Below are positions 11,724-21,190 of a stretch of DNA of 64,000 nucleotides, piece after piece. The stretch is from Pirellulales bacterium (GTDB lineage: Bacteria > Planctomycetota > Planctomycetia > Pirellulales > JAICIG01). The stretch is taken from contig DASZTS010000014.1 of NCBI GenBank assembly GCA_035547915.1, positions 53,134 to 117,133 of the forward strand, given 5' to 3'. The notes beneath the pieces were generated by a model. That model did no database searches and was not told where the DNA came from. It was given only the letters and a program-made list of their open reading frames with translations. Both the position numbers and the translations under genes were made by a program. Each line of letters begins with the position of its first letter. Position 1 is the first letter of the stretch.

Positions 11724-11796
11724 GGGATCAAGGTGTTAGCGGCAGCATACCTGGCTCTTAACCAGGCTGGTGACGGTTCGAGCCCGTCTGGTCCCA
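11724..11796 (+). tRNA. tRNA-Lys(CTT)
   Basis: Acceptor GGGATCA/TGGTCCC, anticodon arm CCTGG-CTCTTAA-CCAGG, T-arm GACGG-TTCGAGC-CCGTC. Confidence 0.75.
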
Positions 11797-11810
11797 CTTG
11801 TGACAAGCAC

Positions 11811-11882
11811 GCACTGGTCGTCTAGCGGCGAAGACTCCGCACCCGTAATGCGGCGACGTGGGTTCGACTCCCGCCCGGTGCT
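11811..11882 (+). tRNA. tRNA-Thr(CGT), C33 in anticodon loop
   Basis: All four stems pair well (D GTCT/AGAC, anticodon CCGCA/TGCGG, T GTGGG/CCCGC). The loop reads CCCGTAA, which puts C at position 33. Confidence 0.55.
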
Positions 11883-11958
11883 CTCGATCTTTGACAATTC
11901 GGTGATCGCAAAAAAGCGGCCGACAGACCCGCAAGCCGAAGCGGGCTTTGTCGGCAAT

Positions 11959-12030
11959 GCACCCATGATGTAGCGGATGCCTATCTGCTTGCCATGCAGA
12001 AAGTGCCGGTTCGACTCCGGCTGGGGTGCT
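11959..12030 (+). tRNA. tRNA-Gly(GCC)-like
   Basis: Anticodon arm TCTGC-TTGCCAT-GCAGA, T-arm GCCGG-TTCGACT-CCGGC, discriminator U as expected for Gly. The acceptor has a bulge or mismatch at its base. Confidence 0.45.
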
Positions 12031-12052
12031 TTTGGAGCCGGACGAACAACAA

Positions 12053-12212
12053 TTCCCTCTCCCTTTGGGAGAGGGTTAGGGTGAGGGCGGATCGCCCGCT
12101 CTTGCATCGTTGATTCTCTTCGGACGTGGCTGGCGTTTTCGCTGAGCAAGAGACGACCCTATTGGTACTTTCAGCCGCCCTCACCCCGTCCCTCTCCCGA
12201 AAGGGAGAGGGA
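12053..12212. repeat. ~160-bp palindromic element (CCCTCTCCC...GGGAGAGGG family), copy 1
   Basis: Terminal mini-hairpins CCCTCTCCC-TTTG-GGGAGAGGG and CCCTCTCCC-GAAA-GGGAGAGGG. Long-range inverted repeat GGGTGAGGGCGG / CCGCCCTCACCC. Near-identical copy at 54203-54356. Confidence 0.8.
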
Positions 12213-12247
12213 GTAGTACTGCCGATGTTTTTTTGTTCGTTCCTTAA

Positions 12248-12321
12248 CGGCGTGTAGGAAAGCCTGGGACTCCGCGTGCGTCGGGAGCACGAGATCGCCG
12301 GTTCAAATCCGGCCACGCCGA
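12248..12321 (+). tRNA. tRNA-Pro(CGG)
   Basis: C1:G72 acceptor CGGCGTG/CACGCCG, anticodon arm CGTGC-GTCGGGA-GCACG, T-arm GCCGG-TTCAAAT-CCGGC. A T-rich tract follows. The serine recombinase gene ends 18 bp downstream. Confidence 0.8.
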
Positions 12322-13793
12322 CTTTTTTCAGAGATGAGCCCTTCGGCGAGAACGTCGAAGGGCTTTCTCATTGTGGTGACGAGAGTTACGCCGTCGAGGC
12401 GGCAGTTCAAAAACACGATTTCGAGCAAACGACGCTTTGTCGCGTAGTCGGCGGTAAGCCATTGCTGCCGAAGCGTTTGCGAAAGTTCAAAAACTTTCGA
12501 CGCCAGCTCCGCCGTTTCGTCGTGCGACCGGTCGAGCGCGTCGAGTTGCAGCTTGATCGACGCCATTCGGTCACGCAACTCCGTGTGTTTGCGGGCGAAC
12601 GTCTCCTGGTCGATGTCATCCGACAGTCGCATGTTGAGCAACCGGTCCTGCTGCTGCACGAGCAACGTCTCCTGCCGCTGAAGCTCCGAACGCTGGGCCA
12701 TCGACTCGGTCTGCGCATCCCGCGTCTGTGAAGCAAGTACCAGCCGGAACCAATCGCGGACGCTCTCATCCTCGACCTGCATCTTGTCGAACACGGCCAG
12801 CACCTGCTGGTCGATGTCGGCTTCCGTGACACGCACGCGGGGATGCCCAGCCCTGTTGTAGTACGTGCAGCGGTAATAGATGTAGAAGCGGTCGCCGTTC
12901 TTCGACTTTTTCCTGACCTTCTCGCCGGTAATCGGATGGCCGCAATGGCCGCATTGGATGATGTCGCCGGCGTACGTGATCGCGTGCGACTGGTAAATGT
13001 GATCGCCAAGCAGCACCTGCACGCGGTCCCACGTCGCACGGTCGATCAGCGGCTCGTGTTTGCCGGGATACCACTCGCCCTTGTGGAGGATTTCGCCGAT
13101 GTAGGCCCGATCCTTCAGAACGTTGTGGACCATGCTGCGGGGAAACTTCGGCTGTGCATCCCGAAAGACCCGCCCATCAGCTTCGAGCCGCTCGACCAGG
13201 CCGTCGAGGGTCACGTTCTCGTAGGCATAGAGATGGAAGATGCGTTTGACGTTGGCGGCAGCCGGGGGATCAACCTCGATGATGCCCCGCCCATCCTTGC
13301 GGACGTTGCGATAGCCATACGGAGCCAGTCCGATAAACCAGCCTTCCCGCACGCGACGGGCCAGCCCCTCGCGGACATCCACTGATTGCTGCTCGGTGTA
13401 GAAGCTTGCCATGTTGGCAAGCGTCCGCCGCATCATGCGGCCGGCGGGCGTATTTTCCGTCGGCTGCGACACGGAGATGAACGGCAGGTCGTATTCCGAC
13501 TCCAGCCGTTCCAGCTCAACGTAATCGAAGAGATTGCGGGCAGCCCGGTCCACCTTGTAGAACAGCAAGCCGTCGAGGAACGGGGCGTTCTTCTTGGCGT
13601 ACGCGATCAACTCGCGGAAGGTTTTCCGCTCATCAGTCTTGCTCGCCGTCTCGGCGATCTTGAACAGCTTGGCGATTTCGCCACCGGCCTGCATGGCGTA
13701 TCGCTTGAGGGCTTCTTCCTGTACTTCGAGGCTGAATCCCTCGCGTTCCTGTTCCCGGCTGCTTACCCGTGCCAACGCGACAAACTGTTTCAT
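12303..13793 (-). CDS. Large serine recombinase (site-specific integrase)
   Basis: N-terminal resolvase catalytic domain (ALARVSSREQ...), recombinase domain and Zn-ribbon (CGHCGHP...YYRC), coiled-coil C-terminus. Lies immediately adjacent to the 3' end of tRNA-Pro(CGG). Confidence 0.9.
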   Translation of the reverse strand: MKQFVALARVSSREQEREGFSLEVQEEALKRYAMQAGGEIAKLFKIAETASKTDERKTFRELIAYAKKNAPFLDGLLFYKVDRAARNLFDYVELERLESEYDLPFISVSQPTENTPAGRMMRRTLANMASFYTEQQSVDVREGLARRVREGWFIGLAPYGYRNVRKDGRGIIEVDPPAAANVKRIFHLYAYENVTLDGLVERLEADGRVFRDAQPKFPRSMVHNVLKDRAYIGEILHKGEWYPGKHEPLIDRATWDRVQVLLGDHIYQSHAITYAGDIIQCGHCGHPITGEKVRKKSKNGDRFYIYYRCTYYNRAGHPRVRVTEADIDQQVLAVFDKMQVEDESVRDWFRLVLASQTRDAQTESMAQRSELQRQETLLVQQQDRLLNMRLSDDIDQETFARKHTELRDRMASIKLQLDALDRSHDETAELASKVFELSQTLRQQWLTADYATKRRLLEIVFLNCRLDGVTLVTTMRKPFDVLAEGLISEKSRRGRI

Positions 13794-14050
13794 GGCGGGG
13801 ACCCCGAAGAAAGAGCCTGATACAACCGACCCACAGTCTGGATCATTGTAACGGCATCTTCGGGCGAAAGAAGGTCCGCATAATACGGCTGCCAGACACG
13901 GATCGTCTTCTCGATCAGTTCAGCCGTGATCCAGTCCGGCGTCCCGGCCGGAACGACGCCGGGGCGGGCATCGTTGCCGGTAGTGTCAGCCTTCTTTCGA
14001 TTGCTGCGGGACATGACTGGACACCACCACGAAATGCGCGCACGGTCCAA
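13790..14050 (-). CDS. Hypothetical protein
   Basis: ORF translationally coupled (4-bp overlap) to the recombinase gene. No recognisable motif. Confidence 0.35.
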   Translation of the reverse strand: MDRARISWWCPVMSRSNRKKADTTGNDARPGVVPAGTPDWITAELIEKTIRVWQPYYADLLSPEDAVTMIQTVGRLYQALSSGSPP

Positions 14051-14098
14051 CTGGCACCGCCGCGCGGAATTGTCGAACGCGAGGATCGGCGTTGCCGG

Positions 14099-14356
14099 TC
14101 AGCGGCCCGGCAACAAACCCTCCCGCTGGTAACGCCGAAGTTCATCATGGCTTATTGACCACGAGGCAAAGCTGGCACGACCGCTGAGCTTCTTGCTGGC
14201 CTGGATGCGACCGCCACGTGCCCATCCACGCACTGTCAAACTGGCACGCCCCACGATCCGGGCGAATTCCTCGACCGAATACCACTCCTGCTGCCGCGTC
14301 TCGACCAGCACGGCCAGCATCGCCTCGATCTTCTCAAGCCGTTGTTCCAGCGTCAT
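14099..14356 (-). CDS. Excisionase/MerR-like HTH DNA-binding protein (putative recombination directionality factor)
   Basis: Motif 'YSVEEFARIVGRASLTVRGWARGG' is typical of excisionase-family HTH domains. Located next to the serine recombinase. Confidence 0.5.
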   Translation of the reverse strand: MTLEQRLEKIEAMLAVLVETRQQEWYSVEEFARIVGRASLTVRGWARGGRIQASKKLSGRASFASWSISHDELRRYQREGLLPGR

Positions 14357-14529
14357 GCTCCACCTCAGCTCGCGCCTGTGTCAAAGTCCGACTTGAAATT
14401 CCCGTCGCTCGCAGCAACGCTCACCACGAGCGCTTCGATCACTACCAACACGATGAATTCAAACATCGGTACTCCTTCAAAAAATCCGGGAAAGATGATT
14501 GCCAGATGGGCACTGCCAGGCCCATGCGG

Positions 14530-14811
14530 CTAGTTTTTACTGGCTGTGATGGCCGCTCGCGCCGCGGCGATACCGGCCACCACCGCCCCGATGTCGTCGA
14601 TCAGCCCGAACGGCCCCAGCAACGCTTCGGGCACGATGTCGATCGGCGAAATGCAGTAAATCCCGCAGAAGATTGCGACACTCCAGCCCACGATCGGCAT
14701 AAGGAATTCCCGTAGCTTGCTGTTGGGCATCGACAGCAGCACTCCAAAGGCCACCGCCAGGAGGGTGCCGCAAAACACCATCAACTGAATTGTTCCAAAG
14801 AAACTGCTCAT
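14530..14811 (-). CDS. DUF1232-like small membrane protein
   Basis: Two TM segments and a 'ISPIDIVPEALLGPFGLIDDIGAV' motif characteristic of DUF1232/YkvA. Confidence 0.5.
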   Translation of the reverse strand: MSSFFGTIQLMVFCGTLLAVAFGVLLSMPNSKLREFLMPIVGWSVAIFCGIYCISPIDIVPEALLGPFGLIDDIGAVVAGIAAARAAITASKN

Positions 14812-14860
14812 GATTACCTCCTCTCAAAAAATGCGACGGCTTTGTTGTGGCCGCCGGTGG

Positions 14861-15082
14861 CTACATTTCCATTCCCTGACTCTGCTCCTCGATCTGTTGC
14901 TGCGGCTCTGGCTGGGCAACCTCCGGGCCGCCCTCCCGGCTCGCGTCCGGCCACTGGCCGGGACCGTAGGGAACGAACGCACTGCCGTTGAAGATGGCGT
15001 TGGCCAGTTCCATTTGGCCCTGCGTGGCCATCCGGCTCATCTCTTCGCCCACTTCGTTAAGAATGTCGCCAAGAATTGACAT
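14861..15082 (-). CDS. Hypothetical small acidic protein
   Basis: ORF only. Confidence 0.3.
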   Translation of the reverse strand: MSILGDILNEVGEEMSRMATQGQMELANAIFNGSAFVPYGPGQWPDASREGGPEVAQPEPQQQIEEQSQGMEM

Positions 15083-15105
15083 GCTTCACCTCCAGTGATT
15101 GGGAA

Positions 15106-15972
15106 CTATTGCTTCGCCGCACGTAAGTTAGTGGCAGCCGGTGCGGCATCGGTTCGAGTATGGTTCCAAGACGTATCGTCACGTGTGCCGCCGATCGAAC
15201 GCTGCTCGACCGATCGCCGGGAAACACGCGGTCTGCTAGCCTGGTCGGGCAATGCGCGACCAGCTTCTTTCGGATTGCCGTCCCGGTCGAATTCATCCAT
15301 CGTGTAGCGGAGCGCCTCACGTGACATCATTCGACCTTGCAACACGGCCCGGCGATGCGATCCGCTGTACTGGTGCATGAGTGTCAGGGTGCCGAGCGAC
15401 ACCAGGATTGCCGCCGCCAGCACAGCCACACACCCCCGTTTGATTCTGGCCTGTGCCCGCCGCCGGTCGTCTGCACTCGGCGGACCGAAGGATTCTTCGT
15501 AATAGCGGACCGTCGTCGTCCACAGCGGGGGAATGCCGGGCGTGAATATGATCGCGGTTCGCGGTGACAGTCCCTCTATTTCTTCGGGCTTCAGCAGCTT
15601 GCGGACCTGCTGGCCCCAACCGCTATTCTGGTTCTCCGAATAGCTGCTGCTTCCTTGCCCCGCCCCCGATGGCGACTGCACAGATTTCCCGGTGCTGCTG
15701 CCGCCGTTGTCCACCACGACCGTTTCCTCGCCCAGCCGGGTACTGACATACTGCGAAGTCTGTGGGTCGTTGACGCCGACGAACACTTGCGACGTGTTCG
15801 ATAAAATAGTTTGATCCTGGCCGTCGGGGCCTAGCTTCTTGAGCTGACCCAGCGATTGCAGCAGGTAAATCAGATGCACGCCGTAGCCTCGATATTTATC
15901 CTGCGCGTCATCGAGGGCGTCCATGTGACCCAGGCTGCCCGCTTCATCAAGGACAAAATGGACCTTTTTCAT
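15106..15972 (-). CDS. Type IV coupling protein TraG/VirD4, C-terminal fragment (Walker B onward)
   Basis: Begins MKKVHFVLDEAGSLG (Walker B DEAG), then LIYLLQSLGQL and TAIIFTPG. Overlaps the upstream fragment by 4 nt (ATGA). Confidence 0.7.
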   Translation of the reverse strand: MKKVHFVLDEAGSLGHMDALDDAQDKYRGYGVHLIYLLQSLGQLKKLGPDGQDQTILSNTSQVFVGVNDPQTSQYVSTRLGEETVVVDNGGSSTGKSVQSPSGAGQGSSSYSENQNSGWGQQVRKLLKPEEIEGLSPRTAIIFTPGIPPLWTTTVRYYEESFGPPSADDRRRAQARIKRGCVAVLAAAILVSLGTLTLMHQYSGSHRRAVLQGRMMSREALRYTMDEFDRDGNPKEAGRALPDQASRPRVSRRSVEQRSIGGTRDDTSWNHTRTDAAPAATNLRAAKQ

Positions 15973-17240
15973 TGCTGGAGTCCTCCTTCAACCACCGCCC
16001 GGAGCATCGCGCCAATCCACATCCGCATCAGGGCTGCTTGTGCCCGCAAATGCTCCGGCGGCAGGACCAGGTACACCGTCATCTTTCCGTTTCGTAGTCT
16101 GGCGGGATCGAAGCTGCTGGTCCGCGTATTCTCCGCGACGGCGATTGTGTCGAGGAATCGCAGGAAGCGGTTGGTTGTCGTGAGGACTGAGCTAAGTTCC
16201 TTGTCCTTGAAATGTGCGAGTTGGCCGCCTATTCGCCGAAGCATTCCGCCCCAGGCATCCGAGCCTTGCATCAATGCGATTGCGGCTTCCAGCTTTTTCG
16301 GATTTGAAAGAAGCGTGCGGACCGCCTGCAACGACCGGTCATCGCCGGGTTCTGCAAACTGCACGACCATCGAGCACAGCCCCGCTATAAGTGCTTCCGC
16401 ACTGTCTGGAAAATGCGGGTCTCTCTCTTGTCCAGTCCGAATCACAAATGCGTTGGCGAGATCAAAACATGCGTCGATCGCCAGCGGTGATTCCCTCTTG
16501 ATGAAATCCAGCGGATTGAAGGTGTCCGGCGTCTGCGTCACCACTTTGTAGGGATCGAGGATTCGCACCTCGTGCCCAAACACTTTCTCTCTGTGCGTCC
16601 CCGTTAAGGACGCTAATTCCCCTTTGACATCGACCACGACGCATGAATCGGGGCAAGTTTGCAGGAAGGGGATGACAAACGAAACGCCTTTGCCCACACC
16701 CGTGGGAGCGAACACCGCCGTATGTACGGCGTTTGGCAGCCTTACCAGCTTCTGTTCGGGCTGCCTGAACATTGCCAGAAACTCCTTGCACGCGGTTTCA
16801 TCATCAATCTGCCGGTCAAACAGGGCTTTGATTGCCGGACCGGCTCTCTGAGGGGAATCGGTGACTCGCCCAAGGATTAAGCCACTGTCGGCATCAAGCA
16901 TTCCGGCTCGCCTCAAATCCTCAGAGCCGGCCCAGCGGGCCGACCCCAACGTGGTCAACCGGTTTTTCTTCTTCCTGCAATGGACCACGATGACGACGGC
17001 CACGACCGTGAGCACGAAGTAGGGGTACATCCAAGCCGCGAGGCCACAAGGCAAAGCAATTGCCACGACGGCCACGACCAGCATTTGGCGATAGAAACTC
17101 ATTCCGCACCTCACTTCAAACTCGGATAAGCGGCCACATGCGGCGCTGCCTTCGGGTCCAGACCGTCCACGCTTGATTCTGCCGTGTCCTTCAGATGCTC
17201 TCGCATTGCAGACAGCCATGTCTCGGCCGCATTTCGCCAA
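15969..17240 (-). CDS. Type IV coupling protein TraG/VirD4, N-terminal fragment (TM + Walker A)
   Basis: N-terminal TM helices, Walker A APTGVGKGVSFVIP and TraG/VirD4-like all-alpha domain. Stops immediately before the Walker B encoded by the next ORF, so the gene is split (frameshift). Confidence 0.75.
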   Translation of the reverse strand: MAKCGRDMAVCNARASEGHGRIKRGRSGPEGSAACGRLSEFEVRCGMSFYRQMLVVAVVAIALPCGLAAWMYPYFVLTVVAVVIVVHCRKKKNRLTTLGSARWAGSEDLRRAGMLDADSGLILGRVTDSPQRAGPAIKALFDRQIDDETACKEFLAMFRQPEQKLVRLPNAVHTAVFAPTGVGKGVSFVIPFLQTCPDSCVVVDVKGELASLTGTHREKVFGHEVRILDPYKVVTQTPDTFNPLDFIKRESPLAIDACFDLANAFVIRTGQERDPHFPDSAEALIAGLCSMVVQFAEPGDDRSLQAVRTLLSNPKKLEAAIALMQGSDAWGGMLRRIGGQLAHFKDKELSSVLTTTNRFLRFLDTIAVAENTRTSSFDPARLRNGKMTVYLVLPPEHLRAQAALMRMWIGAMLRAVVEGGLQQ

Positions 17241-17273
17241 TGCTCGACCATCGCGATTTCCTCAATGGGCGTG

Positions 17274-18089
17274 TCAGTCGTTTGCATGACTAACCCTCTT
17301 GGCTCTGTCCCGCATCGCTGATTGCCATTTCTTCACGTCATACCGCTTCGCCGCTTTACGAGCCTCCTGAAGCGTCTCGGCAAGTAGCTGTACTATTTCC
17401 GACATTCCGAGTTCCTTGCCGGTAATCACGACCGTGGCTTGCGACATCGGTATCTTCACTCGCGACAGGTGGACCGCCTGAGCCTGGCCCTGCCGGGCCT
17501 TGCGGCTTTGCCGCTCAACTTCATCGCGCGAGCTTCCCGACCGAATCGCGGCCAGCATCCGCCGTTGCTCCTCCTCCTCACCGGCTTTCTTGATCGCATA
17601 AGCTTTTGAGAAGCCGAACTCGCCGTTCAAGAAGGCTTCCTTCGCTTCCGGGATCAGGTCGTCCACCGAGAGAATCCGCGGCATCATCGACGGGTCGAAA
17701 CGCATGTCCGCCGCCAGTTCCTTCTTTGACCGGTCAGGGCTCTCCGCCGCAATTTCCTTGCAGGCCCGGTACACCTCTGCGTCGGTCAACCCTTCCCGCA
17801 GCAGGTTTTCGATCAATTGCAGCCTCTTGATCTCGCCGGGGCTCACCTCGCCATCGAGCACTTTCACGTCAGCGTGCGTAATTCCGGCGAGCTTCATAGC
17901 CCGCAGCGACCGTTCCCCGGCCACCAGCGTCCGGTCACGCAGCACGACCAGCGGGCGAAGCTGCCCGTCGCGTTTCAGGCTTTCGGCGTGCCGCCGAAGT
18001 CCCTCTTCGTCAAACTGCTTGCGGACGTTTTCCTTGACGATGATGTCTTCCACCGCCCATCGCTCGTAGGTTCCGATTGTGGTCTTCAT
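17274..18089 (-). CDS. ParB-like nuclease / partition-domain protein
   Basis: ParB/Srx N-terminal motif (VAGERSLRAMKLAG) and HTH middle domain. Confidence 0.75.
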   Translation of the reverse strand: MKTTIGTYERWAVEDIIVKENVRKQFDEEGLRRHAESLKRDGQLRPLVVLRDRTLVAGERSLRAMKLAGITHADVKVLDGEVSPGEIKRLQLIENLLREGLTDAEVYRACKEIAAESPDRSKKELAADMRFDPSMMPRILSVDDLIPEAKEAFLNGEFGFSKAYAIKKAGEEEEQRRMLAAIRSGSSRDEVERQSRKARQGQAQAVHLSRVKIPMSQATVVITGKELGMSEIVQLLAETLQEARKAAKRYDVKKWQSAMRDRAKRVSHAND

Positions 18090-18484
18090 TGCGACCTCCT
18101 TTCATCTCTCAAAGGTTCACTCAACTTGCCCTGCTTCGATTTCCCCCGATCCGCCTCCCACTGCTTCAACTCCGTGAAGAGTTCGACCGCCCTGATCGCG
18201 TCTTGCAGATTCCCCTGACTCTCCTTCCACCTGACGAACTCAAGAAACCGGTCGAAGAATCTGGCCCGCCATGCCGATTCCGTTTCCGTTTTTGATGCCC
18301 ACCACACCAGTGCCAGGCTGAAAATCGTCGCTGCCGGAAACAGCGGCATGTACACTCGCGGATCGTGAAGGCCATCCCTGTCCCAAAGCTCTGGATGCGT
18401 CAGGTCATCGTGAATGACCCAGCCGTACCAGACCGGTCCCACGGTTAAGAAAAGCAGGAGAATGGCGGCCTGAATGTTTTTCAT
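18086..18484 (-). CDS. Hypothetical membrane protein
   Basis: ORF with TM segments, coupled to parB-like gene. Confidence 0.4.
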   Translation of the reverse strand: MKNIQAAILLLFLTVGPVWYGWVIHDDLTHPELWDRDGLHDPRVYMPLFPAATIFSLALVWWASKTETESAWRARFFDRFLEFVRWKESQGNLQDAIRAVELFTELKQWEADRGKSKQGKLSEPLRDERRSQ

Positions 18485-18551
18485 GATCCGTTTCCTTCAT
18501 GCGGGTTGCCTGCTGCGGGCAAAGGGCGCTTTGCGCCCCTTATCCTGCTGG

Positions 18552-18767
18552 CTAGGCGTAGAGGCACTTCACCGTTTCGATGACCCACTTCAACTGATGG
18601 GATGACAGCTCCTGAAGCGCCGTGTTGTAAAACTTCCTTGCGTACTCGGCGGCGGCACGATCCGCCTGTTCCTGTTCCTCCTTGCTGAGCCTGTAGTACC
18701 ACCACAGCGTGAAAATTCCGGCTGCGGCTGCCACGGCGGCGAGAATTCCAGTGATTGGGTATGCCAC
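18552..18767 (-). CDS. Small single-TM protein (paralog A)
   Basis: 71 aa with an N-terminal TM helix followed by a WWYYRLSKEEQEQAD motif. Paralogous to the adjacent ORF. Confidence 0.4.
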   Translation of the reverse strand: MAYPITGILAAVAAAAGIFTLWWYYRLSKEEQEQADRAAAEYARKFYNTALQELSSHQLKWVIETVKCLYA

Positions 18768-18824
18768 GACGATCCTCCTCTCTCTTCAGTCCGAATTGCT
18801 TTCCACATGCCTTCGCCGCCCGGC

Positions 18825-19052
18825 CTACTGGCCGCCGTCAAAGTGCCTACGCTTCACGTGAGCGTACACGTCGTTCAACTCCTGCTTGCTGAGCTGGTCG
18901 ATTCCCTTGCGGAACAGGCTGATCGCATATCGCTTTGCCAGTTCGTCAACCTTTGCCCGCTCTTCCTTGCTCAGCGTCCAATACCAAACAGAGTGCATGA
19001 GGCCCAATCCCGCGAGAATCCCGGCTCCAATTGGGATGAGTGGAAAAAACAT
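18825..19052 (-). CDS. Small single-TM protein (paralog B)
   Basis: 75 aa with the same architecture (TM helix, then VWYWTLSKEERAKVDEL). Tandem duplicate of 18552-18767. Confidence 0.4.
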   Translation of the reverse strand: MFFPLIPIGAGILAGLGLMHSVWYWTLSKEERAKVDELAKRYAISLFRKGIDQLSKQELNDVYAHVKRRHFDGGQ

Positions 19053-19078
19053 GCTTCAAGCTCCTTTCGATTCTGTGC

Positions 19079-19798
19079 TTAAACCTTGACTAATGATTCC
19101 GTCGCCCCGTCCAAACCAGCAACAACCATCCTCGCTGTTTGCTCGTGCGGAGAGTTGGCCTCGAACACCGCCCTGCTGAACCCAATGGGCGTGGCCGAAC
19201 GCAGGTTGGCCCGTTCCTCGGATGGCGGCAGCAAGTGCATCTTGCTGCCCAGCGTCGGTTCAACCCGCCTGGGTTCCGGCAGGCGAAACCCGCCGCCAAC
19301 CCAGAGGCACGTTCGCTTCGTGTACGCCTCTGGGCTGGGATCATCCAGATAGCCGGCGTAGTCGCAGGGATCGAACGAGTAATCCGGCTTCCGCCAGTAC
19401 GTCGAGAGTGTGCTGACCGGGTTCTCAATGAGAAACGGGGCGTTGCTTGCTTCACATATCGCATTGCACGCAGCGACGACGCGGAGAGAATCTGCCAGTG
19501 CGTCCAACCCCTTGTCCTTGAACCACCTCGCCCCGGAAACAGCCAGATGGGTGCAGGGTGGGAAGGCGAATACAAATGCCACCGGACGCCCGAGCGGCGG
19601 GCAGAACCGTGTCACGTCGGCTCCTACCTTGCGGATACCATTGAGCAGCGGACCGGTGCCGGACGGATGCTGTAAATCGACCGTCCAGCATTCGTACCCA
19701 ACTGCGGCCCACGGCGCGACCGCGTGGCCGGTTAGGTCGCAGAGCGACAGAACGAGCGGAGGGCATTCCAAACACGATGTTTTCGATTTCTGATTCAT
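19079..19798 (-). CDS. Short C5-cytosine DNA methyltransferase-like protein
   Basis: Motif IV-like FPPCTHLAVSG (compare GPPCQGFS) and motif VI-like FLIENPVSTL (ENV). Only 239 aa, with no obvious target-recognition domain. Confidence 0.4.
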   Translation of the reverse strand: MNQKSKTSCLECPPLVLSLCDLTGHAVAPWAAVGYECWTVDLQHPSGTGPLLNGIRKVGADVTRFCPPLGRPVAFVFAFPPCTHLAVSGARWFKDKGLDALADSLRVVAACNAICEASNAPFLIENPVSTLSTYWRKPDYSFDPCDYAGYLDDPSPEAYTKRTCLWVGGGFRLPEPRRVEPTLGSKMHLLPPSEERANLRSATPIGFSRAVFEANSPHEQTARMVVAGLDGATESLVKV

Positions 19799-20986
19799 GG
19801 CGTTACTTGAGTGTTTCCCGCACTCACTTCCGATAACCTTTGTCTCTGGTCTGAATCGCGATGCTGTCGATCAGCGTCGCCAGGGGCTCCGCAAGCGGCG
19901 GCCCTGGATGCGTCCTTGCGAAGCCCCGCTGATCCACGTTCCTTTCCAGCGGCGGCTTTCATCGGCCACTGCCGTTCTCGTTGTCTGTTAAACTCTACGA
20001 ACGGTGCCTCCTGGCCTCCAAACCGCAAGCTGCCGCATTCGGGCTAGAGCAAGCCATTCACCCAGTAAATGAGCGGCAAATGACTAACATCACCGGCGAA
20101 GTGGCCTCGTTCTAAACCGCAGCGATCATTTCAATGGGGGTCGCGATGATCTCTCCGCTGGCCGCTTCGCCGTTCGCTCCACAGAGGCTGGCTTGTTGTC
20201 GCCCGCCTCGGCGGGCGTCTGAGGATTCTTCGTTTGATGGTGTTCAAGCAGGCATTTGTTTCGCCTGTCGCGAACTGGTCGTGTGGCCGATCACAGCCGC
20301 AACGTGCGGCAGAATAGCCATTTGCGCCTTGCGGACTACTGTTTAGGCAGGGGAATCACGACTTTCCCAACGTGGATCGACCGATCGACGCAGCCGTGAA
20401 CGTGCGCTGGATACGGGCTAGGATTTGTGTATGCCCGTGATCTTGTCCGTCTGATCGCGCCACAGTTCCATGAATTCGTTGTCCTCCGCAGCCTGCGGTA
20501 TTCCGGCTCGTTGGTACCGCCAAGAGGCATTCTCCCGTATCTGCCCGCGATTCCCCGATTAAGTCGATCATTTCGCGGTTCGCAACGTTCAAGTCGCCGC
20601 CACAATGAAAACGGTTGCTCTACCTTCGACGTGCCCAGGCAATAACCCTGTCGATTAAAGTTTGCTGCGACTGCCCTGACGTGACCTGCCGTTCTTATCC
20701 CGGAGTTGCAGGTAAAGCGGTTCGGCCGCTTCTCGTGCCGCGTGTAGGCATTCACGTAATCGCTGCACTGTGCCGGTCACCGGCCGGCGGGCTCAAGATA
20801 CGTGCGGAATCGCCACCGTGGCACTTGGGCTCGCTTCGACCCGCGTACTGGCGCGTATAGCGGAATGACTGCACAGCCACTCAGGCGGGCAAACCCTCGT
20901 AAACCGGCTCTCAGAGCCACTTTCCGCGGGACATTGCTCACAAACTGTGATATTCTGAGCTTGTTGGAATTGAGAGGGGCGGCAAC

Positions 20987-21190
20987 ATGCTAGATATTCC
21001 AGAAACCGGCTTTCTACGACTACCGCAGGTGTTGAGCGTCATTCCTGTTGGCAAAACCAGTTGGTGGAAAGGCGTCAAATCGGGACGCTTCCCAAAGCCA
21101 GTGAAGTTGTCGGAGCGCTGCACAGCTTGGCGCGCTGAGGATATTCGCCAGTTAATCACACAGTTATCTCAAGCCGAGCCCAACGCATAG
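20987..21190 (+). CDS. alpA: AlpA-family phage/island transcriptional regulator
   Basis: Canonical AlpA sequence (TGFLRLPQVLSVIPVGKTSWWKGVKSGRFPKPVKLSERCTAWRAEDI). Confidence 0.8.
   Translation: MLDIPETGFLRLPQVLSVIPVGKTSWWKGVKSGRFPKPVKLSERCTAWRAEDIRQLITQLSQAEPNA

Noticed and set aside
11330-12316. ORFs 11330-11806(-), 11736-12149(-) and 11981-12316(-) across the left tRNA cluster
   Set aside because: They overlap tRNA genes and the palindromic repeat. Translations such as LTLTLSQRERELLFVR are the repeat read as protein.
20336-20755. ORF 20336-20755(-) 139 aa in the gene-poor stretch before alpA
   Set aside because: Arg-rich, low-complexity translation without RBS. The region is more likely non-coding or regulatory.
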